Shown piece after piece: positions 24,209 to 34,871 of a stretch of 64,000 nt of DNA. A program made the translations under genes and the position numbers. The number at the start of each line of letters is the position of its first letter. The first letter of the stretch is position 1. The stretch is from Carpediemonas membranifera BICM. Lineage: Eukaryota > Protista > Fornicata. The DNA lies in NCBI GenBank assembly GCA_019828565.1, contig JAHDYR010000062.1, positions 1,002,421 to 1,066,420 on the forward strand. Reading direction: 5' to 3'. The notes below the pieces were generated by a model. It saw only the letters and a program-made list of their open reading frames with translations, had not been told where the DNA came from and made no database searches.

Positions 24209-25699
24209 CCAGATCGCCGGCCTCGAGGTCCTCCGCATCATCAACGAGCCCACCGCCGCCGCTATCGCCTACGGCCTCGACAACAAGTCCGAGAGTGAGA
24301 AGAACATCCTGATCTTCGATCTTGGCGGTGGCACCTTCGATGTCTCTCTGCTCACCATCGACGAGGGCATCTTCGAGGTCAAGGCCACAGCTGGTGACAC
24401 TCACCTCGGCGGCGAGGACTTCGACAGCCGCATGGTCAACCACTTCGTGACTGAGTTCAAGCGCAAGCACAAGATGGACATCACTGGCAACGCCCGCTCC
24501 ATGCACCGTCTCCGCACCGCCTGCGAGCGCGCCAAGCGCACCCTGTCCTCCTCCACCCAGGCCGCCATCGAGATCGACTCTCTCTACGAGGGCGTCGACT
24601 TCTTCACTAACATCACCCGTGCCCGCTTCGAGGACCTCTGCGGCGACCTCTTCCGTGCCTGCATCGACCCTGTCCAGCGCGTGCTCACCGATGCCAAGCT
24701 CGACAAGACCAAGATCCACGAGATCGTGCTCGTTGGTGGCTCTACCCGCATCCCCAAGGTGCAGCAGCTGCTCAAGGACTTCTTCAACGGCAAGGAGCCC
24801 TGCAAGAACATCAACCCCGATGAGGCCGTCGCCTACGGTGCCGCCGTCCAGGCCGCCATCCTCTCCGGCGACAAGTCCGAGAAGGTCTCCGACCTCCTCC
24901 TGCTCGACGTCACGCCCCTCTCGCTCGGCATCGAGACCGCCGGCGGCGTGATGACCACCCTCATCAAGCGCAACACCACGATCCCCGCGCACGCCAAGGA
25001 GACCTTCTCCACCTTCGCCGACAACCAGCCCGCCGTGACCATCCAGGTCTTCGAGGGCGAGCGCGCCCGCACTCGCGACTGCAACAAGCTCGGCACCTTC
25101 GACCTTAACGGCATCCCCCCGCCCCCCGCGGTGTCCCCAAGATTGAGGTGTCCTTCGACATCGACGCCAACGGCATCCTCCAGGTCACCGCGGAGGACAA
25201 GAGCTCGGGCAACCGTCAGCAGATCACGATCACCAACGACTCCGGCCGCCTCTCCAAGGAGGATATCGAGCGCATGGTTTCGGACGCCGAGCGGTTCAAG
25301 GCTGACGACGAGAAGGTGCGTGAGAAGATCGAGGCCCGCAATGGCCTCGAGAACTTCGCCTACTCCCTCCGCAACACCATCGAGGACGAGAAGTTCAAGG
25401 ACAAGATCTCCGCTGAGGACAAGGAGAAGCTTGAGTCCGAGATCAAGAACGTCATGAGCTGGCTCGACACCCACGTCGACTCCGAGAAGGAGGAGTTCGA
25501 TGCCAAGAAGAAGGAGCTCGAGGAGGTCTCGACCCCCATCATGACCAAGCTCTACTCCGAGGCCCAGGGTGCCCAGGGCGGCATGCCCGGCGGGATGCCC
25601 GACATGAGTGGCATGGGCGGGATGCCCGGTGGCATGCCTGGCGGTATGCCCGGTGCGGCTCCCTCTGGTGCCGGCCCCACCGTCGAGGAGCTCGACTAA
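23730..25699 (+). CDS. HSP70: Cytosolic HSP70, copy 2 (one -1 homopolymer frameshift, probably a sequencing error)
   Basis: Same sequence as copy 1; C6 at 25115-25120 where copy 1 has C7. Confidence 0.95.
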
Positions 25700-25819
25700 G
25701 CAGACTTTAAAATCATAGACTCTTACTGCCCCGGTTGTGCTGCCACGGCTGACACAACTGATATGACACGATCTGGGCGTAGCCACTGACGTACACGAAT
25801 TATACAAAGCCCTCTTCAA

Positions 25820-26770
25820 ATGGGCGAACGAACCATTCTGGCTGTGCCCAAGCGACGGCAGGTCAACGAAGAGATTGTTCGCGATGCTAATGATGCGAGA
25901 ATCCCCGCTGATTCTCGAAGACACTTTTCTCCCGCAGAAAGACGACATGAAGCCCCAGCTGTCTATCGAAGCTATCGCAGACACAGATCATCGAATGAAA
26001 GAAATATGAAACTGCGCCACGATCCAAGCTTCTGTGCTGATGCAGCCTGGGCCCCCAGTTCTGTTGATCTGAAGCTTACCAACGCGTCAGACGGCGGAAT
26101 GACCCGCACCAAGAGGCTGCTTCCAGCCGACGTCTTTTCATCGACCGTGGATAGCGCGCGCCATCAGTTCTACAGGGACAATGCAGTGAAGCGGATCCCG
26201 AACAAACTGCAGCGCTCCCTAGAGATGCTCAGCCCCGACGCCGTTGAGGCCCTCATCAGCGATACACATAAGCACATGGATGCGCAACAGGCGTTAGAGA
26301 TCGAGGGTAAGCTGTGGGGCAAGCTGGACAGTGCCGACGGCCCTGTTGCACAGAAGCCTCCCCCCAGCCGCCGGGACCCCACGGACTGGGCCGCCCTCTC
26401 GGCTGAGGACATCCTGCGGGACTTCGTGCTGGGCCCGATGAGCCACGTCATGGAAGATGCCAACGACCTCACCCGTCAACGCGCTCAGCGGCTGGCCGGC
26501 CGCAGCTATGCGGGCTCCATGCGGAGTGTGACCGTGGGGCCGTATGTGCGGCGTCCAGGCCAGCGCTTCACGGCACCCGTGCTTTCCTCGCACCCGGCCG
26601 ACACGGGCCGCGACACCGGGCTGCGGGGGATCCCTGCCCAGCCCCTTGGCACGACTGCCCGGGCAGTTGTGGGTGCACGGGTCAGCACAGACCTGGGTCG
26701 GGCCAGGTTTGAGGGGGCAGCCGTGCGTGCTCTACAGACGCTGAGGCCCACTATCGTCAGCGTGCTTTGA
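25820..26770 (+). CDS. Hypothetical protein (316 aa)
   Basis: ATG-initiated ORF filling the gap, CATAAA downstream; no recognised motif. Confidence 0.6.
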   Translation: MGERTILAVPKRRQVNEEIVRDANDARIPADSRRHFSPAERRHEAPAVYRSYRRHRSSNERNMKLRHDPSFCADAAWAPSSVDLKLTNASDGGMTRTKRLLPADVFSSTVDSARHQFYRDNAVKRIPNKLQRSLEMLSPDAVEALISDTHKHMDAQQALEIEGKLWGKLDSADGPVAQKPPPSRRDPTDWAALSAEDILRDFVLGPMSHVMEDANDLTRQRAQRLAGRSYAGSMRSVTVGPYVRRPGQRFTAPVLSSHPADTGRDTGLRGIPAQPLGTTARAVVGARVSTDLGRARFEGAAVRALQTLRPTIVSVL

Positions 26771-27139
26771 GCTGGCGAAAACGGCGCACGATTAGACGTG
26801 TCGCCGCAATGTTGTACCATAAACACTCACTCGGAGTCACTGAGGGAGCAAGGAGAGATCTATCCATTGCATACACACATCTCATACGGAAATGTGATTG
26901 TGGAATTCCGAACATGAAGAGGTGACCAGAACTCGGCATTAATGTTCCAATTGCCGGACATTACGTTGCGTTGATTTAACACTTGACTGATCCGCCCGAA
27001 GCACGCCGGAACCATTTTTGCCGGAAAGTGCACAAAACTGCACCTCCAGTTTCCGGCGTATCCAGATGAGAGAAGCGCGCACTTGCTGAATTCGGTTCTA
27101 TGCAGCCGAAGTTTGATCAAAAACGGTATGTAACGATTA

Positions 27140-30100
27140 ATGGATCACTTAAAAAGGCGCAGACGTGATGACAGGGGTCAATACGGCTCTGCTTCAGAAT
27201 TAGTCAATCAATTTCGGCGTAATGCATCAAAAGCCGTTAGTTTCGATGTATTATCATTCCAAAGACCTTCTTCAGTCAGCCAGAACAGGGAGAACTCGAG
27301 TTATGCTTCTCCGCCGAGCACGTTTCGCTCTCATTCACACACAAGCTTCAGCCGCGACAACTTTCACGAGCAAGAGGCGCCTCTCGAGTATCAGACACCG
27401 ATTGTGTCCCCTCAAGATACATTTCGTCCGGCAGACCCGTTCAACATCTCTGCTGTCCACGAGGAGTCCCTCTTCCGTCGCGCAGAGGATGACGAGACGG
27501 AACAGAGCATCTGGGCAGGACTGGCAGACACTAGACGCATGCTCAATGAGCTAGAGCAGCAGATTGACGAGCCAGCCAGTCCTCAGCCGCCGGAAGCCGG
27601 CCTGCAAGCCCCTCGCCCCCCCAGACTCGACGACGAGGACCTCCTGGACCCGCCCCGACGCCGCAACCTGTTCGACCGGCCGATGGACGACCCGTTCACC
27701 CCCACCCGCAGCCGCCCAGCCCCAGCCCTGGGCGACTCTGCCCTGTGGTGCCGCTCCGAGACCCGGATCCCGGAGTCGGGCCGCCCCATGCCCGCCCGGA
27801 TGATGCAGGAGCCGGTCCTCGCAGACCTCAGCGCAGACCGGTCCGGCACGCAGTACAGACAGGCTGATCTTGCCACGTCGACCCTCACCGAGCGCGAGGA
27901 GCGCCTCAAGGCCATCGTTTCCGAGCGCGAGGAACAGATTGCGCAGCTCAAGCAACAGACTGATCTCGCCGCGTCGACCCTCACCGAGCGCGAGGAACAG
28001 ATTGCGCAGCTCAAGCAACAGACTGATCTCGCCGCGTCGACACTCACCGAGCGCGAGGAGCGCCTCAAGGCCATCGTTTCCGAGCGCGAGGAACAGATTG
28101 CGCAGCTCAAGCAACAGACTGATCTCGCCACGTCGACCCTCACCGAGCGCGAGGAGCGCCTCAAGGCCATCGTTTCCGAGCGTGAGGAACAGATTGCGCA
28201 GCTCAAGCAACAGACTGATCTCGCCACGTCGACCCTCACCGAGCGCGAGGAACAGATTGCGCAGCTCAAGCAACAGACTGATCTCGCCGCGTCGACACTC
28301 ACCGAGCGCGAGGAGCGCCTCAAGGCCATCGTTTCCGAGCGCGAGGAACAGATTGCGCAGCTCAAGCAACAGACTGATCTCGCCGCGTCGACACTCACCG
28401 AGCGCGAGGAGCGCCTCAAGGCCATCGTTTCCGAGCGCGAGGAACAGATTGCGCAGCTCAAGCAACAGACTGATCTCGCCACGTCGACCCTCACCGAGCG
28501 CGAGGAGCGCCTCAAGGCCATCGTTTCCGAGCGTGAGGAACAGATTGCGCAGCTCAAGCAACAGACTGATCTCGCCGCGTCGACCCTCACCGAGCGCGAG
28601 GAGCGCCTCAAGGCCATCGTTTCCGAGCGCGAGGAACAGATTGCGCAGCTCAAGCAACAGACTGATCTCGCCACGTCGACCCTCACCGAGCGCGAGGAGC
28701 GCCTCAAGGCCATCGTTTCCGAGCGCGAGGAACAGATTGCGCAGCTCAAGCAACAGACTGATCTCGCCACGTCGACCCTCACCGAGCGCGAGGAACAGAT
28801 TGCGCAGCTCAAGCAGCAGACTGATCTCGCCGCGTCGACCCTCACCGAGCGCGAGGAGCGCCTCAAGGCCATCGTTTCCGAGCGCGAGGAACAGATTGCG
28901 CAGCTCAAGCAACAGACTGATCTCGCCACGTCGACCCTCACCGAGCGCGAGGAGCGCCTCAAGGCCATCGTTTCCGAGCGCGAGGAACAGATTGCGCAGC
29001 TCAAGCAACAGACTGATCTCGCCGCGTCGACCCTCACCGAGCGCGAGGAACAGATTGCGCAGCTCAAGCAACAGACTGATCTCGCCGCGTCGACACTCAC
29101 CGAGCGCGAGGAGCGCCTCAAGGCCATCGTTTCCGAGCGCGAGGAACAGATTGCGCAGCTCAAGCAACAGACTGATCTCGCCACGTCGACACTCACCGAG
29201 CGCGAGGAGCGCCTCAAGGCCATCGTTTCCGAGCGCGAGGAACAGATTGCGCAGCTCAAGCAACAGACTGATCTCGCCACGTCGACCCTCACCGAGCGCG
29301 AGGAGCGCCTCAAGGCCATCGTTTCCGAGCGCGAGGAACAGATTGCGCAGCTCAAGCAACAGACTGATCTCGCCGCGTCGACCCTCACCGAGCGCGAGGA
29401 ACAGATTGCGCAGCTCAAGCAACAGACTGATCTCGCCGCGTCGACCCTCACCGAGCGCGAGGAACAGATTGCGCAGCTCAAGCAACAGACTGATCTCGCC
29501 ACGTCGACCCTCACCGAGCGCGAGGAACAGATTGCGCAGCTCAAGCAGCAGACTGATCTCGCCACGTCGACCCTCACCGAGCGCGAGGAGCGCCTCAAGG
29601 CCATCGTTTCCGAGCGCGAGGAACAGATTGCGCAGCTCAAGCAACAGACTGATCTCGCCGCGTCGACCCTCACCGAGCGCGAGGAGCGCCTCAAGGCCAT
29701 CGTTTCCGAGCGCGAGGAACAGATTGCGCAGCTCAAGCAACAGACTGATCTCGCCGCGTCGACCCTCACCGAGCGCGAGGAACAGATTGCGCAGCTCAAG
29801 CAACAGACTGATCTCGCCACGTCGACCCTCACCGAGCGCGAGGAGCGCCTCAAGGCCATCGTTTCCGAGCGTGAGGAACAGATTGCGCAGCTCAAGCAAC
29901 AGACTGATCTCGCCACGTCGACCCTCACCGAGCGCGAGGAGCGCCTCAAGGCCATCGTTTCCGAGCGCGAGGAACAGATTGCGCAGCTCAAGCAGCAGAC
30001 TGATCTCGCCGCGTCGACACTCACCGAGCGCGAGGAGCGCCTCAAGGCCATCGTTTCCGAGCGCGAGGAACAGATTGCGCAGCTCAAGCAACAGACTGAT

Positions 30101-31303
30101 CTCGCCACGTCGACACTCACCGAGCGCGAGGAGCGCCTCAAGGCCATCGTTTCCGAGCGCGAGGAACAGATTGCGCAGCTCAAGCAACAGACTGATCTCG
30201 CCACGTCGACCCTCACCGAGCGCGAGGAGCGCCTCAAGGCCATCGTTTCCGAGCGCGAGGAACAGATTGCGCAGCTCAAGCAACAGACTGATCTCGCCGC
30301 GTCGACCCTCACCGAGCGCGAGGAACAGATTGCGCAGCTCAAGCAACAGACTGATCTCGCCACGTCGACCCTCACCGAGCGCGAGGAACAGATTGCGCAG
30401 CTCAAGCAGCAGACTGATCTCGCCGCGTCGACCCTCACCGAGCGCGAGGAGCGCCTCAAGGCCATCGTTTCCGAGCGCGAGGAACAGATTGCGCAGCTCA
30501 AGCAACAGACTGATCTCGCCGCGTCGACCCTCACCGAGCGCGAGGAGCGCCTCAAGGCCATCGTTTCCGAGCGCGAGGAACAGATTGCGCAGCTCAAGCA
30601 ACAGACTGATCTCGCCGCGTCGACCCTCACCGAGCGCGAGGAACAGATTGCGCAGCTCAAGCAACAGACTGATCTCGCCGCGTCGACCCTCACCGAGCGC
30701 GAGGAACAGATTGCGCAGCTCAAGCAGCAGACTGATCTCGCCACGTCGACCCTCACCGAGCGCGAGGAGCGCCTCAAGGCCATCGTTTCCGAGCGCGAGG
30801 AACAGATTGCGCAGCTCAAGCAACAGACTGACGGGTTTGAGGCGCTCACACTCTGGGCGACGGCGGCGCGGGCCCGCTACCCTGCCCTGGATGGACTCCC
30901 CCAGCCGACGCTGGACAACGCAGCCGGGGAGTGGCTGCATGGCCTGCTTACTGGACTCAAGGCCATGTACGACGCCGAGGCACAGAAGGCCGCCATCGTC
31001 ATCCGCCAGCTGGCCGAGCAGGTTGATGCGGCGGACCGCATGGCCCGGATGTGGCAGGAGGACGCCCGCCGCGCCCATGAAGCCGCCTCTCATGCGGCGT
31101 GCCTCGGGACTCGGGCCGGCCGGCAGTCTGAGCCAAGCGAGCCCAAGGACCCCACGCTCCCGGTGCCGCTTGACCCCAGCAGCGTCGCCAGCGCCGCGTC
31201 AGACGGGGCGGAGTCGGTGCAGTCTATGGCATCGATGGTCAGCACGTGGCTCGAGGAGGCGGGGGTGGAGGCAGGGGCGGATAGAGGGTGTCTTGCCATG
31301 TGA
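27140..31303 (+). CDS. Large coiled-coil protein with internal tandem repeat (1387 aa)
   Basis: Disordered N-terminus, 988-aa E/Q/K/L-rich repeat, helical C-terminus. This frame has unique coding flanks on both sides. Confidence 0.8.
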   Translation: MDHLKRRRRDDRGQYGSASELVNQFRRNASKAVSFDVLSFQRPSSVSQNRENSSYASPPSTFRSHSHTSFSRDNFHEQEAPLEYQTPIVSPQDTFRPADPFNISAVHEESLFRRAEDDETEQSIWAGLADTRRMLNELEQQIDEPASPQPPEAGLQAPRPPRLDDEDLLDPPRRRNLFDRPMDDPFTPTRSRPAPALGDSALWCRSETRIPESGRPMPARMMQEPVLADLSADRSGTQYRQADLATSTLTEREERLKAIVSEREEQIAQLKQQTDLAASTLTEREEQIAQLKQQTDLAASTLTEREERLKAIVSEREEQIAQLKQQTDLATSTLTEREERLKAIVSEREEQIAQLKQQTDLATSTLTEREEQIAQLKQQTDLAASTLTEREERLKAIVSEREEQIAQLKQQTDLAASTLTEREERLKAIVSEREEQIAQLKQQTDLATSTLTEREERLKAIVSEREEQIAQLKQQTDLAASTLTEREERLKAIVSEREEQIAQLKQQTDLATSTLTEREERLKAIVSEREEQIAQLKQQTDLATSTLTEREEQIAQLKQQTDLAASTLTEREERLKAIVSEREEQIAQLKQQTDLATSTLTEREERLKAIVSEREEQIAQLKQQTDLAASTLTEREEQIAQLKQQTDLAASTLTEREERLKAIVSEREEQIAQLKQQTDLATSTLTEREERLKAIVSEREEQIAQLKQQTDLATSTLTEREERLKAIVSEREEQIAQLKQQTDLAASTLTEREEQIAQLKQQTDLAASTLTEREEQIAQLKQQTDLATSTLTEREEQIAQLKQQTDLATSTLTEREERLKAIVSEREEQIAQLKQQTDLAASTLTEREERLKAIVSEREEQIAQLKQQTDLAASTLTEREEQIAQLKQQTDLATSTLTEREERLKAIVSEREEQIAQLKQQTDLATSTLTEREERLKAIVSEREEQIAQLKQQTDLAASTLTEREERLKAIVSEREEQIAQLKQQTDLATSTLTEREERLKAIVSEREEQIAQLKQQTDLATSTLTEREERLKAIVSEREEQIAQLKQQTDLAASTLTEREEQIAQLKQQTDLATSTLTEREEQIAQLKQQTDLAASTLTEREERLKAIVSEREEQIAQLKQQTDLAASTLTEREERLKAIVSEREEQIAQLKQQTDLAASTLTEREEQIAQLKQQTDLAASTLTEREEQIAQLKQQTDLATSTLTEREERLKAIVSEREEQIAQLKQQTDGFEALTLWATAARARYPALDGLPQPTLDNAAGEWLHGLLTGLKAMYDAEAQKAAIVIRQLAEQVDAADRMARMWQEDARRAHEAASHAACLGTRAGRQSEPSEPKDPTLPVPLDPSSVASAASDGAESVQSMASMVSTWLEEAGVEAGADRGCLAM
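27866..30829 (+). repeat. Coding tandem repeat: 35 units (23 x 96 bp + 12 x 63 bp)
   Basis: Units read DLA[T/A]STLTEREE(RLKAIVSEREE)QIAQLKQQT; 23x96 + 12x63 = 2964 bp, exactly the span. Confidence 0.95.
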
Positions 31304-31882
31304 GTCCGTGTTTATTGGTTATTTATGTCGTGGTTGCCACGAGTATGTATAGAAACGTAAAGCTATCTCATTGGAGTTGAGACATCGGAGCAGACCACAA
31401 GAAGAGGGGTCAGCTTCGATCCAGGGCGCTCCACATGCTGTCGGAGAAGGCGGTAACATCTCCCGGCCCACCGTGCAAATAGCCCCAATAGCCTAGGTAA
31501 ACTGTGAGACAAGCTGCCTTGCGTTTGTTTATTGCTGCCCGTCGCGGCGTCTGGCTGCGTCCTGTGTGACGAGTGCCTCGCGCGTCTTCCGATCGAACGA
31601 ACCGATGCGGGACGCGCGCCGCCACGCTGCTGCGGTCACCGCATGACCGGTGCGTTGCGGTGCAGGCCGCGGCGCGCTCTGGGGAGGCGGCACTGAGCGA
31701 GGCGCAGCCAAGGCAGTCGTTATGTGCTGAGGCGCGCCGCAAAAGGGCGGGCCCACGGCTTCAACGCGCGGACCCGGGCCAGCTGGGCGGTCTTGTCGCA
31801 GGGGACCGAGTCTATATCTGTCTCATATCTCGCCGCTTTTTTTCGCGCAAAAATATTATCAGAGAACTACTTGTGCTCAAAG

Positions 31883-32155
31883 ATGTCCTTCATCGACGCT
31901 ATCAAGGAAATGCGCTGCCCCAAGGTCCCCGAGGAGAAGGGCCTCATCGTCTTCATCCTCAACGTCTTCCCCGGCGTCGGCACCCTCCTCGGCTCCATCT
32001 GGACTGAGGATGCTGACAACAAGGTCCTCGGCATCATCCAGATCTGCCTTATCTTCGTCTCCTGGATCCCCCTCATCGGCCCCATCATCTTCATCTGCAA
32101 CTGGGGCTTCTCCATGTTCTGGGGCTTCAAGATGTTCCAGGCCTCCAAGCAGTAA
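31883..32155 (+). CDS. SPEC3/Stum-like small membrane protein (90 aa), copy 1
   Basis: MSFIDAIKEMRCPKVPEEKGLIVFILNVFPGVGTLLGS...GIIQI...NWGFSMFWG matches the recalled SPEC3/Stum pattern (P....ILN..PG.GT....G..Q....W..S..WG); strongly biased codons. Confidence 0.75.
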   Translation: MSFIDAIKEMRCPKVPEEKGLIVFILNVFPGVGTLLGSIWTEDADNKVLGIIQICLIFVSWIPLIGPIIFICNWGFSMFWGFKMFQASKQ

Positions 32156-32560
32156 GTACTGCCACCGCCTAGGTAAACTGTGAGACAAGCTGCCTTGCGT
32201 TTGTTTATTGCTGCCCGTCGCGGCGTCTGGCTGCGTCCTGTGTGACGAGTGCCTCGCGCGTCTTCCGATCGAACGAACCGATGCGGGACGCGCGCCGCCA
32301 CGCTGCTGCGGACACCGCATGACCGGTGCGTTGCGGTGCAGGCCGCGGCGCGCTCTGGGGAGGCGGCACTGAGCGAGGCGCAGCCAAGGCAGTCGTTATG
32401 TGCTGAGGCGCGCCGCAAAAGGGCGGGCCCACGGCTTCAACGCGCGGACCCGGGCCAGCTGGGCGGTCTTGTCGCAGGGGACCGAGTCTATATCTGTCTC
32501 ATATCTCGCCGCTTTTTTTCGCGCAAAAAAATATTATCAGAGAACTACTTGTGCTCAAAG

Positions 32561-32833
32561 ATGTCCTTCATCGACGCTATCAAGGAAATGCGCTGCCCCA
32601 AGGTCCCCGAGGAGAAGGGCCTCATCGTCTTCATCCTCAACGTCTTCCCCGGCGTCGGCACCCTCCTCGGCTCCATCTGGACTGAGGATGCTGACAACAA
32701 GGTCCTCGGCATCATCCAGATCTGCCTTATCTTCGTCTCCTGGATCCCCCTCATCGGCCCCATCATCTTCATCTGCAACTGGGGCTTCTCCATGTTCTGG
32801 GGCTTCAAGATGTTCCAGGCCTCCAAGCAGTAA
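32561..32833 (+). CDS. SPEC3/Stum-like protein, copy 2
   Basis: Same translation as copy 1. Confidence 0.75.
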   Translation: MSFIDAIKEMRCPKVPEEKGLIVFILNVFPGVGTLLGSIWTEDADNKVLGIIQICLIFVSWIPLIGPIIFICNWGFSMFWGFKMFQASKQ

Positions 32834-33239
32834 GTACTGCCACCGCCTAGGTAAACTGTGAGACAAGCTGCCTTGCGTTTGTTTTATTGCTGCCCGTCGC
32901 GGCGTCTGGCTGCGTCCTGTGTGACGAGTGCCTCGCGCGTCTTCCGATCGAACGAACCGATGCGGGACGCGCGCCGCCACGCTGCTGCGGACACCGCATG
33001 ACCGGTGCGTTGCGGTGCAGGCCGCGGCGCGCTCTGGGGAGGCGGCACTGAGCGAGGCGCAGCCAAGGCAGTCGTTATGTGCTGAGGCGCGCCGCAAAAG
33101 GGCGGGCCCACGGCTTCAACGCGCGGACCCGGGCCAGCTGGGCGGTCTTGTCGCAGGGGACCGAGTCTATATCTGTCTCATATCTCGCCGCTTTTTTTCG
33201 CGCAAAAAAATATTATCAGAGAACTACTTGTGCTCAAAG

Positions 33240-33512
33240 ATGTCCTTCATCGACGCTATCAAGGAAATGCGCTGCCCCAAGGTCCCCGAGGAGAAGGGCC
33301 TCATCGTCTTCATCCTCAACGTCTTCCCCGGCGTCGGCACCCTCCTCGGCTCCATCTGGACTGAGGATGCTGACAACAAGGTCCTCGGCATCATCCAGAT
33401 CTGCCTTATCTTCGTCTCCTGGATCCCCCTCATCGGCCCCATCATCTTCATCTGCAACTGGGGCTTCTCCATGTTCTGGGGCTTCAAGATGTTCCAGGCC
33501 TCCAAGCAGTAA
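33240..33512 (+). CDS. SPEC3/Stum-like protein, copy 3
   Basis: Same translation as copy 1. Confidence 0.75.
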   Translation: MSFIDAIKEMRCPKVPEEKGLIVFILNVFPGVGTLLGSIWTEDADNKVLGIIQICLIFVSWIPLIGPIIFICNWGFSMFWGFKMFQASKQ

Positions 33513-33918
33513 GTACTGCCACCGCCTAGGTAAACTGTGAGACAAGCTGCCTTGCGTTTGTTTATTGCTGCCCGTCGCGGCGTCTGGCTGCGTCCTGTGT
33601 GACGAGTGCCTCGCGCGTCTTCCGATCGAACGAACCGATGCGGGACGCGCGCCGCCACGCTGCTGCGGACACCGCATGACCGGTGCGTTGCGGTGCAGGC
33701 CGCGGCGCGCTCTGGGGAGGCGGCACTGAGCGAGGCGCAGCCAAAGGCAGTCGTTATGTGCTGAGGCGCGCCGCAAAAGGGCGGGCCCACGGCTTCAACG
33801 CGCGGACCCGGGCCAGCTGGGCGGTCTTGTCGCAGGGGACCGAGTCTATATCTGTCTCATATCTCGCCGCTTTTTTTCGCGCAAAAAAATATTATCAGAG
33901 AACTACTTGTGCTCAAAG

Positions 33919-34191
33919 ATGTCCTTCATCGACGCTATCAAGGAAATGCGCTGCCCCAAGGTCCCCGAGGAGAAGGGCCTCATCGTCTTCATCCTCAACG
34001 TCTTCCCCGGCGTCGGCACCCTCCTCGGCTCCATCTGGACTGAGGATGCTGACAACAAGGTCCTCGGCATCATCCAGATCTGCCTTATCTTCGTCTCCTG
34101 GATCCCCCTCATCGGCCCCATCATCTTCATCTGCAACTGGGGCTTCTCCATGTTCTGGGGCTTCAAGATGTTCCAGGCCTCCAAGCAGTAA
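33919..34191 (+). CDS. SPEC3/Stum-like protein, copy 4
   Basis: Same translation as copy 1. Confidence 0.75.
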   Translation: MSFIDAIKEMRCPKVPEEKGLIVFILNVFPGVGTLLGSIWTEDADNKVLGIIQICLIFVSWIPLIGPIIFICNWGFSMFWGFKMFQASKQ

Positions 34192-34597
34192 GTACTGCCA
34201 CCGCCTAGGTAAACTGTGAGACAAGCTGCCTTGCGTTTGTTTATTGCTGCCCGTCGCGGCGTCTGGCTGCGTCCTGTGTGACGAGTGCCTCGCGCGTCTT
34301 CCGATCGAACGAACCGATGCGGGACGCGCGCCGCCACGCTGCTGCGGACACCGCATGACCGGTGCGTTGCGGTGCAGGCCGCGGCGCGCTCTGGGGAGGC
34401 GGCACTGAGCGAGGCGCAGCCAAAGGCAGTCGTTATGTGCTGAGGCGCGCCGCAAAAGGGCGGGCCCACGGCTTCAACGCGCGGACCCGGGCCAGCTGGG
34501 CGGTCTTGTCGCAGGGGACCGAGTCTATATCTGTCTCATATCTCGCCGCTTTTTTTCGCGCAAAAAAATATTATCAGAGAACTACTTGTGCTCAAAG

Positions 34598-34871
34598 ATG
34601 TCCTTCATCGACGCTATCAAGGAAATGCGCTGCCCCAAGGTCCCCGAGGAGAAGGGCCTCATCGTCTTCATCCTCAACGTCTTCCCCGGCGTCGGCACCC
34701 TCCTCGGCTCCATCTGGACTGAGGATGCTGACAACAAGGTCCTCGGCATCATCCAGATCTGCCTTATCTTCGTCTCCTGGATCCCCCTCATCGGCCCCCA
34801 TCATCTTCATCTGCAACTGGGGCTTCTCCATGTTCTGGGGCTTCAAGATGTTCCAGGCCTCCAAGCAGTAA
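34598..34871 (+). CDS. SPEC3/Stum-like protein, copy 5 (+1 C homopolymer frameshift)
   Basis: C5 at 34795-34799 versus C4 in other copies; probably a read error. Confidence 0.65.

Larger units (their letters stand above)
20764..25772 (+). repeat. Tandem duplication, 2509-bp period, containing HSP70, its upstream region and the 3' end of the preceding gene
   Basis: 20764-23266 and 23273-25772 are near identical, differing by homopolymer indels and one terminal SNP. Confidence 0.95.

Noticed and set aside
21038-24992. Long antisense ORFs (422 and 481 aa) opposite the HSP70 genes
   Set aside because: Well-known shadow ORF of GC-rich HSP70 genes caused by codon bias, often mis-annotated as NAD-specific glutamate dehydrogenase
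22247-25120. HSP70 frameshifts as programmed frameshifting or pseudogenisation
   Set aside because: All are +/-1 changes in homopolymers and each copy is correct where the other is broken, typical of long-read error. The same applies to array copies 5 and 6.
27551-31352. Three additional >1000-aa ORFs across the coding repeat
   Set aside because: Unit lengths are multiples of 3 and stop-free in those frames, so openness is automatic; they lack credible unique flanks
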